A DNA stretch of 63,934 nt, filler included, from Conidiobolus incongruus B7586 (Eukaryota), in the NCBI GenBank assembly GCA_000697335.1. It is 13 parts of 13 records of this genome, joined end to end, with 100 filler letters (N's around TTAATTAATTAA, not from the genome) between each part and the next. Parts side by side here need not be neighbours in the genome. Positions count along the whole stretch, not along the records: positions 1 to 4,470 come from JNEM01007160.1; positions 4,571 to 8,313 come from JNEM01007162.1; positions 8,414 to 10,612 come from JNEM01007164.1; positions 10,713 to 19,851 come from JNEM01007165.1; 9 more parts are not named here. One strand, 5' to 3'. The notes under the pieces are model-generated. The model saw nothing but the letters and a program-made list of their open reading frames with translations. It made no database searches and had not been told where the DNA came from. This document shows, piece after piece, positions 1 to 13,195 of the stretch. Position 1 is the first letter of the stretch. Every line of letters begins with the position of its first letter. The translations under genes were made by a program, and so were the position numbers.

Positions 1-427
1 TTTATATTTATTAAATATTATATTTAAGTTTTTTATAAATTAATCAAAAATTAACTTAAAATATTAGTTATATTAAAAATCTTTTGAAATTTCATAAATT
101 ATAATAATATTATATTGAAAATAATTAAAAGTTATTATATTATTTCATCATACCATTAAATATATTATATTAAGTATAATTGGTAATATTAATAATAATT
201 TATAAGTAACTAAATAAAAAAATATCAAAATTATATATATAATTAAATTTTTTAATAATAATTTAATTATTAAACTTGAATCATAAAAATATAAAGCTAT
301 TCAAAATTAAATCCTTTGATATTTCATCATACACTAATATTTTTATTAAATAAAAAATTATATTGATGAAATAATAATATTGAATATATGCCTATTGATA
401 TCAAAAATTATTCATTATATCATACTA

Positions 428-976
428 TTACCTTGAATTTGAAATAATGGGAAATTTTTTAATTTCTGATTTTTCAAACATATTATTAGTTTCATGAAGG
501 AAAATCAATTAATAGTAAACTATATATTGCTTTTTTAAATAAAAGTATTTCTAATTGGTGTTCTCAATATAATTTGAGAAGACCTATTATTTTGCATGAT
601 AATTGTAAAATACATAAATCTAAAGCTGTAAAAAACTTTCTAATTAAAAATAACTGGAAAGAACTACCACAACCAGTATATTCCCCTGATTATAACCTAT
701 ATGATTATAATTGCTTTAGGCAATTAAAAAACCAGCTTGCAGGAAAGAAAATTTCTGCAGGAAAATTTAATTAGTTTGTGAAATATCAAATTTCAGTCTT
801 TGATAAAAAGAAGTGTTTTTTAGGTGTTAGAAGTTTGCTAAAAGTATAGCAAAAAGTTATTATTAATAAAAGAAACTATTAAATTTATATTATATATTTA
901 TTTTTATATATCATATATTCAAATGTTTATTTATTTTTAATTGCAAAAAATTCCCAATATTAAAAATGCAGAGTAA
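428..976 (+). mobile_element. Internally deleted mariner (DD34D) element carrying the transposase C-terminal fragment (574..774)
   Basis: Imperfect TIRs TTACCTTGAATTTGAAATAATGGGAAATTTTT / AAAAAATTCCCAATATTAAAAATGCAGAGTAA with TA on each side (426-427, 977-978). The ORF has LHDN-x-H...YSPDYNLYDY with exactly 34 residues between the two Asp. Confidence 0.9.
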
Positions 977-1728
977 TATATTATATAATTTTTTTAATTT
1001 TCTAAAACATGATGATTGATTTTATTATAAGTGATCATTTTTTCAAGTAATCTTTTAAACAAAAAGAACAGCTTTTAAAACAATATTAATTCATATCAAT
1101 TTCATTTTAAATTTCTTCCTTGTTTTAAATTATATTTAACTGATATCTTATCAAATTTTGTATATGAATAAATTTTTTTTAAATGTTTGGTTATATTGAT
1201 TTAAATATGATGTGATGATTGTGTCAGAATAGAATTAAAAATCTAAATATTTTATTATTAATAAAACAATACAAGTATGTACATTATATATTTATTTTTA
1301 ATTATCAATTATTCAATATAAATTACTAGTTTATACTTATTGTATTATCATCACTCTTTGGTATACAATATAATATCAATTTTAATCCAAATTCACCACA
1401 ATTTTAGCTAATTATTAATTTATCAATATTTATTCAAGTTTGTCAACTCAAAAAAAATAAAATTGAAATTGTCAGTATCCACAATACACGCGAACTTTGG
1501 CAACCAATTAAATATTTTGTTAAATTCCTACTAAGCACTGATTGGTCAGTGATATTAAGCTTCAAGTTGCACCAATCCAATTGAAAATAAATATTTAGTA
1601 AAAATCATCAAACCCATAAATAACAACTTGAAAAATATTTTTTCCTCTTCAAGTTTTTATTATCGAATTGGGAACAATTAACCCAATACAAATTCATTAT
1701 TATTATTATTATTGTATATAGTATTAAG

Positions 1729-2860
1729 ATGGTAAGTGAAATGAATCAAAGAGATTAGGATAAAGTAATAATCCTTGGAAATAGCCAGGATACAATTATT
1801 TGAACCAATTATACTCATTTCTCGGTCTTCGCTTCGTGCCTATTCGAGGAGATGGCAACTGTTTCTACAGATCAGTATCGGATCAAATGTATGGGACTCA
1901 AGAACGCTACAATTATTTGAGAAACTTGACCGCCAAAAAGTTAGAAAGTAAAGCTTCCGAATACTGCGGTAGTCTGATGCCCAAACACGAATGGAAGCAA
2001 TTCTTGAGAAATGTCAGAAGGGATTGCAATTGGGCTGACTCTTTAGAGATCTTAGCCTTGGCCGAGGTTTTAAACGTCTATATTTTTGTCCATGATGATA
2101 GAGGCAATATTTATTCTTATCCTGACGTGGATCCTAAACAGAACAAGAGGACTATTCACGTTTGGTAATATTGTTTATTATCAAAACAACTGGATTATAT
2201 ATTGATTTTTGTTAGGTACGAGGGTGCCTCTCATTATTGCTCTATCAGAGGTGTCAATTCTAAAGTAACTAATGCATTTAAGGTAATGATCATATCATCA
2301 AAACATGCATACATTTTATTAATCAATCTATGTAATAGGCAACCAATGTCCCAGAATTCGCAGAATGGGAAAAATTAAGCTCTCAAGACAAGAATAAATT
2401 CAATCTCTTCCACCAACTTGGCAATATCTCAGATTTTGAAGGCATTTCATCCCTTCTCAAAAAATCCAGAAGTGACATGATGGTCGCATTGTCAAAACTT
2501 AAGAACAAGTCCTTCAAAAAGATTTCAGCTCCAGCTCCCATTCAAACGGTCAAACCTGCCAAGAGACCCCTTGAAGCTGAAGCTCAAGACGATGTAGATC
2601 AATCGTCCAACGAAGGTATTAATGACAATGACCAAAGAGTCAAAAAACTTGTCACTCAATTACCCAGAAGAAAGTCCAAATCTCCACCCAAACGCCCAGC
2701 AACTGCCAAGAGCATACCAGTGCCTTTGGATGGCTACAAGAACGTATTCAAAGTACCCGTCTCCAGGGAACAATTCGATCGTTTCGTAGCACCCCTCTTC
2801 AAATCCGTACCTCTTTCGAGTTATTTCACGCCAAGTGTCAAAAAGGTGCGCATTTTTTAA
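1729..2860 (+). CDS. OTU-domain deubiquitinase (OTUD3-like). Exons 1729-1731, 1785-2164, 2216-2282, 2339-2860
   Basis: Three GT-AG introns join ORFs 1800 and 2477 in frame. Catalytic motifs are IRGDGNCFYRSVS, WA..LEI.AL and, after splicing, WYEGASHYCS. The C-terminal tail is basic and low-complexity. Confidence 0.88.
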
Positions 2861-3892
2861 TTTTTTGTCTGATTCATTTGGCCTAGTGTGGACTTATTAG
2901 AGATATTATTACCGAAGTTTTATAATTTTTAACAAAGCTTACATTTATATATTCTATTTTTCATGTATTTTTTTTCTTCAATAATTATTCAATAGAATAA
3001 ACTTGATTTTTTTAATTTCAATACAATTTAGCAATCGTTTAAAGATTGACTAAACTTTAATTCTTTAAGGGATGATTCTATTTTAGGAGGGTGTTGTTAA
3101 TTATCGAGGAGTAATTATAAGTACCCAATTAACTTTATAAGTCATATTTTAAAATTTTGAATAATATTAAACAATATTTATATTTATTTATCAAAATATT
3201 TCAAGCATAGAATATTTTAATAATTTTTTCATATTTATAAAAAGAGTTATATTATTATTTTTAATATATTGTCAACTTATTATAATTTTATTATTATGAA
3301 ATAAAATCGTTATTCATAATTAAATCAATAAATGAATTAATAGTTAATTTTTTATTTTATTAAAATTGTTAAAATTATAAATATATTCTGTTTATTATCT
3401 TGAATGTTATATAATCAAGTTTAATATTATCAAATATCAAAATAATAATAACTTAAATTCACTTAAAGCTATATTTTAAAATAATTTATAAGTTAAGAAT
3501 TTAATGGTATTAATTTAAAAAAATATTAGTAAATTAAATAATAGCAAAATTTTAAAATTAAAATTGAATAAAAACATTGATATATGATTTATAAAAATTA
3601 ATATATTTTTTCATTATTCATAACTCTTTGCTATATTTTTAACAAGCTTCTAACACTTGAAAAAGTTTTTTTTATTAAAGAAAAAAATCAATATTATATA
3701 AATTAATTTGATTTTATTTATGGGAATTTTTTTATAATTATATTTTTTATTTTTTAAAATAATTATAATTTTATATATTATAATCTAGTGAATATAATAA
3801 ATATAATAAATAAATAGAATAGTTGTTTTTTAATTCCTTTATTTAAAATATAAAAAAATACTTGTTATTAATTAATTTACCTATATAAATTA

Positions 3893-4470
3893 TTAGATTT
3901 AATTTAAAATAATGGGAAATTTCTGATTTTTCAAATATATTATTAATCTTAAATAAATATATATATATAATATAAATAAGAAATTATATATAATTATCTT
4001 TTTGATTAAAAAAATTAACTTTATAAAATTGGTTGTTTAATTTAATTATATTTATATTAAATAATAATAATCAAAAGTCCTTTATTTTGGTATTAATAAA
4101 ACTTAATTATAAGTTATCTAAAATTATTTAAAATTTACAAACAACTTTAAATAATAAAATATTATCTTAATTAACTATTTATTATTAACTAAATTACTTT
4201 AAAGTTAAGAAAAAAATTATTTAAAACTTATTAAAATTTTAAAAATTAATTTTAATTAATATTTTTTTAAATATAACCTATAAAATATTATTAGAAATTT
4301 ACCCTTTTATAATAAATAATTATAATTAATTAATCTTAAATAATTCTATATAATCTTTTACTAAAACATAAATTAAAATATTAGATTAAGTTAAATCATC
4401 TTTTTTTTATAAATTTTTCTAAATAAATAATTTATTAATAAATAAATATTAACTATTATAATATATTATA
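3893..4470 (+). mobile_element. Degraded mariner 5' half, truncated by a gap
   Basis: Left-end motif AAATAATGGGAAATTTCTGATTTTTCAAA; colinear with the copy at 56989-58298. Confidence 0.75.
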
Positions 4471-4570
4471 NNNNNNNNNNNNNNNNNNNNNNNNNNNNNN
4501 NNNNNNNNNNNNNNTTAATTAATTAANNNNNNNNNNNNNNNNNNNNNNNNNNNNNNNNNNNNNNNNNNNN
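4471..4570. other. Assembly gap spacer N44-TTAATTAATTAA-N44 (others start at 8314, 10613, 19852, 21556, 22828, 29936, 31340, 55105, 59646, 60989, 62720)
   Basis: Identical 100-bp pattern 12 times; the linker gives stops in all frames. Artificial. Confidence 0.98.
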
Positions 4571-4840
4571 TAGGTTTTTCTTTTTTCCTCTTAATTCTTA
4601 CTATTTTTTACTTTTACACTATTTCTAAAATTGAGACTATATTCTATTGATATTGTAGGATATTAACACTACCTAATATAAATCTTAATATATTAGTGAC
4701 TCACCCTAGTTTGAAGCTTAATTAAACTTTGTTTACACTTACACACTACAGCTACATTATATTATTACATTCTATACCACACTACTTTTATATTAAGTCT
4801 TCCTCTACACTATATTAGTTTAACTACCACTATACTTATA

Positions 4841-4850
4841 TGGTAGCAAC
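4841..4850 (+). promoter_or_regulatory. Primer-binding site, probably for initiator tRNA-Met
   Basis: TGGTAGC directly after the LTR end, complementary to a tRNA 3' end GCUACCA. Copy 2 has the mutated form TGGTAAC at 13596. Confidence 0.7.
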
Positions 4851-5107
4851 AACAAAACTATTAAAAACCTACTAGAAATTAATAACTATCTGTATTAAAC
4901 TTAATTATTGTTATTTTAAATCTTATCTATAATTTATTTCATTTAAATTTAACACTATATACTATAATACCACTAAAAAAAGAGATACCCTTATATTATT
5001 TTAATGATGATAACAGCTTAATTACTAAGTAAATCTAAGACTTTAGTCTTTAAAAGCTTATTACCCTCTAAGAAACTTATATTAAACAACTTTTGATTGA
5101 AAAAAAC

Positions 5108-8100
5108 ATGTCTCAAAGAGTTTAAATCTAACAAGCCAGCTACTTCACTATAGTTAATATATTAAACCACCTCTTTAGTGTCTTTAAAGACAAATTAACT
5201 ACTTATGATAGTTTTAAAAACCTCTACAAACTTGAAAACTACTTTAAAAATATAAAGAATTATCTTGATTTAATCCTAGATAAAGATTTAGAGAATATCT
5301 TTAAATTAGCTATTTCTTTTTTAGAAAAATTTGTTTATACTTGGTAGTTAACTCATTACAAGCTTAATCCTAAAAAATCTTCAGGAGGATAACTTACTAC
5401 AAAAATACAAACTTTTAAACAATTAGAAAAAGCCTTTAAAGAGAAATATTACCTAAAAGATTAAGTTTGATTAATAAGAGAAAAGCTTTCCTAGCTTAAA
5501 TAAAAAACTTCTACAAGATAATTGATTGAGAAATTTAATGAGATATGTTTAAACATACTAAATATCACTGAAGAAGAATAAATCCACAAACTATTATAAT
5601 GCTTTAACTTTTAAGTGAAGCTCTAGTTAGTTAGTAAGGAACACTTTGATAATATGTTTTTTTCTAACAATTGTGATGTAGTAATTATAATTGATGATAT
5701 TTTTTACTCTATAACTAAATTTTCCCACCCTAAAAATTAATTTTTTAAACTTTACTCTAACCTACCTAAGTTTCAAATAATAAATGTTTCTGTTTTAAAG
5801 CTTCATGAGAAAACCTTTAGTAAAGAAGCTAAAGTTTACTTAAGAGCAAACAAAGGTTGTTATTACTGTTGTAGGACTTAAGTTAACTATAAAGATAACA
5901 AATACCCTTTAAAAAAGCAACATTTGTTTAATTCTCAACAATCTCAACTTACCAACCATAAATCAAACCTGAATAATATTAATATAAATTTAGAATTACC
6001 CTTTTTACAATTAGTTAGCAGATTTTAATCTAATTTACAAAAGTTCTAATAAACCAATAATTCCACAAATTAAACTATATATACTAGAGAAATCTAACTG
6101 ATTAAACCATTAGAAACTAGAAATATTCTAGTAACTAATCTACCTTATAATTCTTTACCTTTAACTATCACCCTATTATATATGTTAATTAATTTTTTTA
6201 TAAACACACTTGTTAGTGTTTTAATTAACTCTAGTTATTTTAGTTGTATTATCTCCTCTTTTATTATTTTAAAACTATCTTTACCTACCTAAAAAAGCAA
6301 CTTTATAATCAAATATACTAATAACTTAATAGAACAAGCATCTAACACTGTATCTAAATACCTATCATTACCTTTTAACTACTCCCAATATATTAAATTC
6401 CTAGTTGGTAATATTGGTTATAATTTTATACTAGGTTAAAATTAGTTTAAATATCACAGTTTTATATCTATGAATATTACCCTAAAAAGCTACAAATCTA
6501 TTTTTTTCACATTTAAAAAAAAATTAGTAGAATTAATCTTAAAAAATCTATATTACCTTACTATAAAACTATTAAATACTTTACCTAACACTAACTCTAT
6601 AATTATAACAAATAATTCTATTATTATAAGTAAAAATCAATGTAAAAAGCTAATCAAAAACTTAAATAATCTATAGGGATATATATTTGTTTATTATTCA
6701 TCTATTAACACTTCATCTGTTGATTTTAATAAAGTTATATCTAATAACTACTTCTTATACAATACAATAAGTTAATTTGCTAATGTTTTTGAACTTGTAA
6801 ATAGATTACCACCTAAATATAATATTAAACACAAAATTAAACTAATCCCTAGTACACAACTATACTTAAAGCTTACTTACCATTTATCTCCTGAACAATA
6901 CTAAACCTTAAAAGAAGAAATCTAAAAATTACTTGAAAATAGGTATATTAAACCTTTTTCCTCACTATAGAAATTTCTAATCCTCTTTATATAAAAGGCT
7001 AATGGTGGTTAAAGATTATACATTGATAATTGTGTTTTAAACTCTAAAACTATTAAGGATAAAACCCCATTACTAAACCTATATAATGTTAAGGATAAAC
7101 TACTTAAATCAACTATATTTACTAAACTAGATGTTAAGAATAGATATTACAACATTAAAGTTGAAGAAAATTCTATCCCTTTAACTATTTTCAATACTCT
7201 TTTAGGTTACTATAAATTTATTGTTATAAACTTTAGATTGTATAATACCCTTGTAACTTTTACTTAATTTATCAATTCCTTTTTCAACCCTATTTTTAAT
7301 AACTTTGTTATCACCTACCTTGATAATATCTTAATCCATTCAAAAACTAAAGAAGAATATATTTAACATGTTAATTAAGTCTTACAAATTATTTAAGAAT
7401 ATAAATTACTTTTAAAACTATCAAAATACATCTTTAGTACTTCTTCTGTCTTTTTCTATAGTTATATTGTTTCCTCTTAAGGAATTAATATTAATCTAAC
7501 TAAACTCAATGGTGTTAAAGCTTTTACTATACTTATAAATAAAAATCAACTTATATTTGTACTTAGATTATTAAATTACTTTAAAGATTTCATTGATTTT
7601 TTTGTTGAACTTATTACTTCTCTTACTAATCTCTTAAAGAAAAACTCTTTTTTTGAATAAACCCCACTACACACTTTCTATATAAATGCTTTAATTTTCT
7701 ATATTACCAATGTTTTTACTTTATCTATCTTTAATCTAAAACTACCTACCATTATTTTTACTAACTCTAGTTTTTTTACAATTGGTGGATAGTTAACCTA
7801 GTTTGAATTTAATTTATATTTTACCCTATAACTATAAGATAAAATAATAAATAAAAGAGAACAAGTTGAGTTTAACCTTACAAATGTTACCTTAAAACCA
7901 ATAATATTCTGGTTAAGAAAAATAAAACCAGTTGAATTGAAATACCTAGTCTATAAATAAAAACTCTTTACTTTAGTAGAAATAATCAAAAATCACTTAT
8001 ATTTCCTATCCTATAACCTTTTCTTAATATTTACAGATTACAAATCACTTATTTACTTAAATACTCAGAAGCATTTATTAAGAAAACAAGTTAAATAGAT

Positions 8101-10025
8101 TAAAACTATCTAAGCTTACCCTTTCTTTATTTAATATCTCCTAGGTTAATAAAACCATGTTGTAGATATTTTATTAAGAAATCTTACATACCTACCCTTT
8201 TATTCTAATTATAAAAATCCAGCAAATATTAACTTAATGATTATTAATGAAGGAAATAAAAAATTTATTAAACTACTTTAAGAAACACTGCTAAATAATG
8301 ATTTCTTTATTTTNNNNNNNNNNNNNNNNNNNNNNNNNNNNNNNNNNNNNNNNNNNNTTAATTAATTAANNNNNNNNNNNNNNNNNNNNNNNNNNNNNNN
8401 NNNNNNNNNNNNNTGTAGATACTTTGTTACGAAATCTTACATACCTACCCTTTTATTCTAATTATAAAAATCCAGCAAATATTAACTTAATGATTATTAA
8501 TGAAGGAAATAAAAAATTTATTAAACTACTTTAAGAAACACTGCTAAATAATGATTTCTTTATTTTAATTAAAGAAGAACTCTCTAAACCATTAGAAAAC
8601 CAACTAAAATATGTTAAAAGATTTAAAATTATCAATAACTTACTATATTATAATAATTGTCTATATATTCCTAACATTCTTAAGATCCAACAAATAATAT
8701 TTAATAAATGCTATAATTTACCTGTTGGAGGACATTAAAACAAATTAAAAACTGTTGAGAGAGTTAAAACAAGGTACTACTAACTTTCCCTAGTTAAATC
8801 AATTTAGAAATACACTAATACCTGTGATATATGCTAAAGAATTAAATATAATACTCAATTAAAATATAGTAAACTTATTCCCTTATAAGTCCCTAATGAA
8901 ACTTAACAACAAATCCAACTTAACTTCATGGAAATCCTTAAATCAACAAATGGTTATGATAACTTACTAATTATAATTGATTCATTTTCCAAATATATTT
9001 ATTTTATTCCTTGTTTTAAAACTTTTATAGCTAAAGATGTTGCATAATTGTTATTCTTTAATATCTTTACCTACTATAGAATTCCACAAACTATTATATC
9101 TGATAAAGACACATAATTCAACTCTTGATTTTAGAAGTCACTATCCTTTTCCTTTAAGATTAACCTAGCTATGTCTACTACTAATTATCACTAAACCAAT
9201 AAACTTGTTGAAAGAATTATTAAAACCTTGAAGTAAATGATTAGAGCCTATATTAACACTAATCAGTTAAATTAAGATGCTTATATCTACTAACTCTAAT
9301 ATTTATTCAACATCTTTATTAATAAATCAACAGGTTTTAGCCTTTATTTCATCAATTATAATAAACATCTTAATTTAATAATTACTTTAAAACTTTAAAT
9401 CAACTTACTTTTGGATATTATTGAATTTTAATCTAATAACAAATATATTAATTCCCTTGTTAAATTTAACTTAGAAGAAAATTAAAGGATCATGGAATAA
9501 CAATACTTAAAGTTATCTAGAAACCCTTTTAAATATAAAACTAGTATGTTTGTATACTTAGAACAATTTACCCTTAAACCTACCCTACTTAAATCTGGCT
9601 TAAATCCCAAATACTTACTATTATATTATAGTCCCTATAAAATTTAATCTATTGATTTAAATTTTGAAAATATTACCTTAGAATTACCTCTAACTTTAAA
9701 GATCAACCCTACCTTTCACATATCTAAAATTAAACTATACTTTGAAGATTTTAACACTTTTCTTAATTGATTAAAAACCCCAAAACTAGATCCAATTATT
9801 AATTAAGATAGAGAAGAAAAATACTATATTGATGATATAATTAAGTCTAAATCTATTAGGAATAAGCTTTATTTTTATATAAAATGGATAGGTTATCTTA
9901 TTGAAGAAGTTATATAGGAACCTCTAGAAAATATTAAGAATACTTTAGCTTATTATACCTATTTGTAAAAAATTAGGGAGTGTGTTTCTTCTAAGAGACT
10001 TACTAGGAAAGTATTAAAAGACTAG
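5108..10025 (+). pseudogene. Single-frame gag-pol polyprotein of family A, riddled with TAA/TAG stops
   Basis: ATG 5108, Zn knuckle 5858, PR 6218 and RT 7316 share one frame. IN 8919 and chromodomain 9813 share it too after correcting the 253-bp gap/overlap. End coordinate approximate. Confidence 0.85.
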
Positions 10026-10408
10026 TTCTTTAAATTCTTATATATACTTTCATATAATCCAATTAACTATAAATTATATAATTAATTTATACTTATATAG
10101 TTAAATTAATTGTATAAATAGTATTAAATTATCTAATAAATTTGGTTTTTTTTTCCTCTCAATTCTTACTATTTTTTATTTTTACACTATTTCTAAAATT
10201 AAGACTATATTCTATTGATATTGTAGGATATTAGCACTACCTAATATAAATCTTAATATATCAGTGACTCACCCTAGTTTGAAGCTTAATTAAACTTTGT
10301 TTACACTTGCACACTACAGCCACATTATATTATCATATTCTGTGCCACACTACTTTTATATTAAGTCTTCCTCTACACTATATTAGTTTAACTACCACTA
10401 CACTTACA
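10012..10408 (+). repeat. 3' LTR of family A (397 bp; TG start mutated to TA, ends CA)
   Basis: Matches 4571-4840, 13196-13595 and the reverse complement of 59746-60092. Confidence 0.93.
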
Positions 10409-10712
10409 AATATGATTATTTTAAATTATTATTTTAATTATATTTATATTAACATATTTAAATCCCATTTTAAAATTTTTTATTTATATATTAATTAATT
10501 TTATAATAAAAATAAACCAATATATAAGATTATCAGAATCACTAATATTAATTAATTTATTATAACTAAAGTTATTAGAAATTAAAATAAAAATATATTT
10601 AAATTTAAATTTNNNNNNNNNNNNNNNNNNNNNNNNNNNNNNNNNNNNNNNNNNNNTTAATTAATTAANNNNNNNNNNNNNNNNNNNNNNNNNNNNNNNN
10701 NNNNNNNNNNNN

Positions 10713-12149
10713 GATATATTTAGTAAACTATTAGCAAAAATATTAACCCTTAATATTTAACTAAGATAAGTTATAAATTTATAGGTTTTTAAGATAAAAG
10801 GATATATTTAACAATATATAACTATATCTTTTTTCTTTCTTTGCTATTATTTTATATAATATTTTATAGATATATTAAATTCTTTTTATTAATATTATTA
10901 TACTTAAATCCCTCTCTAAAATAATTTACTTGTATATTAATCAATTTTATAAAAAAGGTAAATCAACTTATAATATTGCTAGAATTACCAATGTTAGATA
11001 ATTTACTATAATTAAAGCTGTTAAAAATAACAATAAATATACATTTAAACTTAAATTTAAAGTTAATTATATTAAATTTCTAGATAAATATGATAAGAAA
11101 TATATCTATAAATTGGTTAATATACATAAGTATAGTATTATTATAGAAATACAACAGGAATTATAAAACTATATAAGAATATTAATTAACACTAATACTA
11201 TTATATATGTTTTATATTAATATAGATATTACTTATATCTCAAGAAAAAACACCTTTAACTAAAGTAATTTTATTATAAAGTTAGGTAGGAGTTTAAATA
11301 TTATTATTAATATTAAACTAAAACTAATTAAAATAAGGTTATTTAGTTTAATAAGATAAAAATATACTTTAGTAAATTTAATAATAAAGCTAGATGTTTT
11401 AGAAAAGATATAAAACTACTTTATAACTATTATGTTAATTTTACCTAAAAATATAATAATAGGTTAATTATTATTTAAGGATATATATTGTTTTTAGATG
11501 TAGAGTATTTTTATAAAGTTAATAATGGAATTAATATTAAAAAATACTAAAGTATTCTAAACAATAAATTGAAAAAAACTATTAAATAATATAGGTTAAA
11601 CAAATCTAATAATATTTTTTAGTAAGGTAATGTTTTTTATTATACTATAGTTTTTACTACCAAATAGCTTAAAAATAACAAGATAATAGTTATAAAGTAG
11701 ATTTTTTATTTTTTAACTTTAACCTAATTGAATACTATTAGGATTAGTTAAAAAAAGCTATTAAAGCTTTCCCTTTAATAAAAAATTTAAATCAACTTTA
11801 AAAATATATTTAAGAAGCATAGAATAAGATTAACCCTTTTTAGTATAAGAAGTTAATTGATTCTATACCCTACAAACTTAAAGAAGTTAGAAAAGCTAAA
11901 GATAAATATACTATGTTTTAATTTTTTTTATCACCAAAAACCTACAAATTTATAACTTATTTTAGGTAAAATTTAAAGATATATATTTTAACTAATTAAT
12001 AGCTAAATATCATTATTTAATGATATATATTATTAATAAATATAATAGATCATAATTATTTAATTTAAGTTTATTTTATTAAATATTAATTAAGTTATTA
12101 GTAAAATATAAGTGTTTTTGATTTTATAACTTACTTTTATAGGTTAGTA
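10713..12149 (+). mobile_element. Tc1-like (DD34E) transposon, hypermutated; left end in gap
   Basis: Colinear with the 61089-62584 copy; right TIR ...TTATAACTTACTTTTATAGGTTAGTA then TA. Confidence 0.9.
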
Positions 12150-13195
12150 TATAATTTTATTAATCTAAAAGATATTAGAATAAAAAAAAATAAGCTTAGA
12201 TAATTTTAATCTATTTAACTTATTTTCTTAACTAATACTTTTAAGTATTTAAATAAATAAATAATCTGTAGCTTGTAAGTATTAAAAAAATTATAAAATA
12301 AGAGATATAAGTGATTTTTAATTATTGCTACTAAAGTAAAAAATTTTTAACTATAAACTAGATATTATATTTTAATTAGTTTTTTTTCTTAATTTGAATA
12401 TTATTAACTTTAAAGTAATATTTATAAAATTAAATTTAATTTATTCTTCTTTATTTATTATTTTATCTTATAATTCACAAGTAAAATATCAATTAAATTT
12501 AAATTAAATTAATTATTTATTAATTATAAAAAAATTAAAATTAATAAAAATAATAGTAAAAAGTTTAAAATTAAAAATAAAAAATATAAGAGTATTAATA
12601 ATAGAAAAATTAAAATATTTATTTAAAAAATATATAATAGAGTTTATTTAAAAAGAGAGTCTTTTCTTAAAAGGTTAATTAAAAAAGTTTTAAGTTCAAC
12701 AAAAAATCAATAAAATTTTTAAAATAATTTAATAATTTAAATATAAATATAAGTTAATCTTTATAAGTATTGAGACCAAACAAATATAAATTGATTAAAG
12801 GTTTAGGGAGTTAGGAATAATATTCCCTTAAGCTATTAAATATATAAAATATCATCATAACTATTAATATCTTATATAGGAATCTAATCTTATTGCTAAC
12901 TAAAAATCCTAAGATATTATAAAAAAGGTTAATATAAATAGAAAAGTATAAAGCATTATATATAATATTAGAAGAAATAATAAAAAGTCAAGGTTAAATT
13001 AATTAATTATATTAAATATATATATAATGAAGAATTATTTCTATATTATTTAAGAAAGGTTATTTTTAACAATAATAATAATATATTAATTATTAATTGG
13101 TTTTACTAATAATTAATATAGATATTTTGCTTAAAATAAATACTTTAAATAAATAGGATAATTATATTAATTTAAAAAAAAAGGTTTATTAATCA

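Larger units (their letters stand above)
4571..10408 (+). mobile_element. Ty3/Gypsy chromovirus family A, copy 1 (near full length, hypermutated)
   Basis: Partial 5' LTR 4571-4840, PBS TGGTAGC at 4841, gag knuckle, PR (VLINSS), RT (YLDNILIHS ~7316), RNase H, IN, chromodomain (~9813-9960, YIDDII..FYIKWIGY..*EP), purine tract AGGAAAG, 3' LTR 10012-10408. Confidence 0.95.

Noticed and set aside
4515..4526. TTAATTAATTAA palindrome recurring 12 times, superficially like a regular repeat or array
   Set aside because: Always centred in 100-bp N blocks: an artificial scaffolding linker. ORF 19900-20088 that runs into one is also an artefact.
5108..10025. Stop-codon reassignment (TAA/TAG read as Gln or Trp) to explain the in-frame stops
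   Set aside because: Host genes end at TAA/TAG normally, stop positions differ between copies, and catalytic residues are also hit (D>N, G>S, C>Y).
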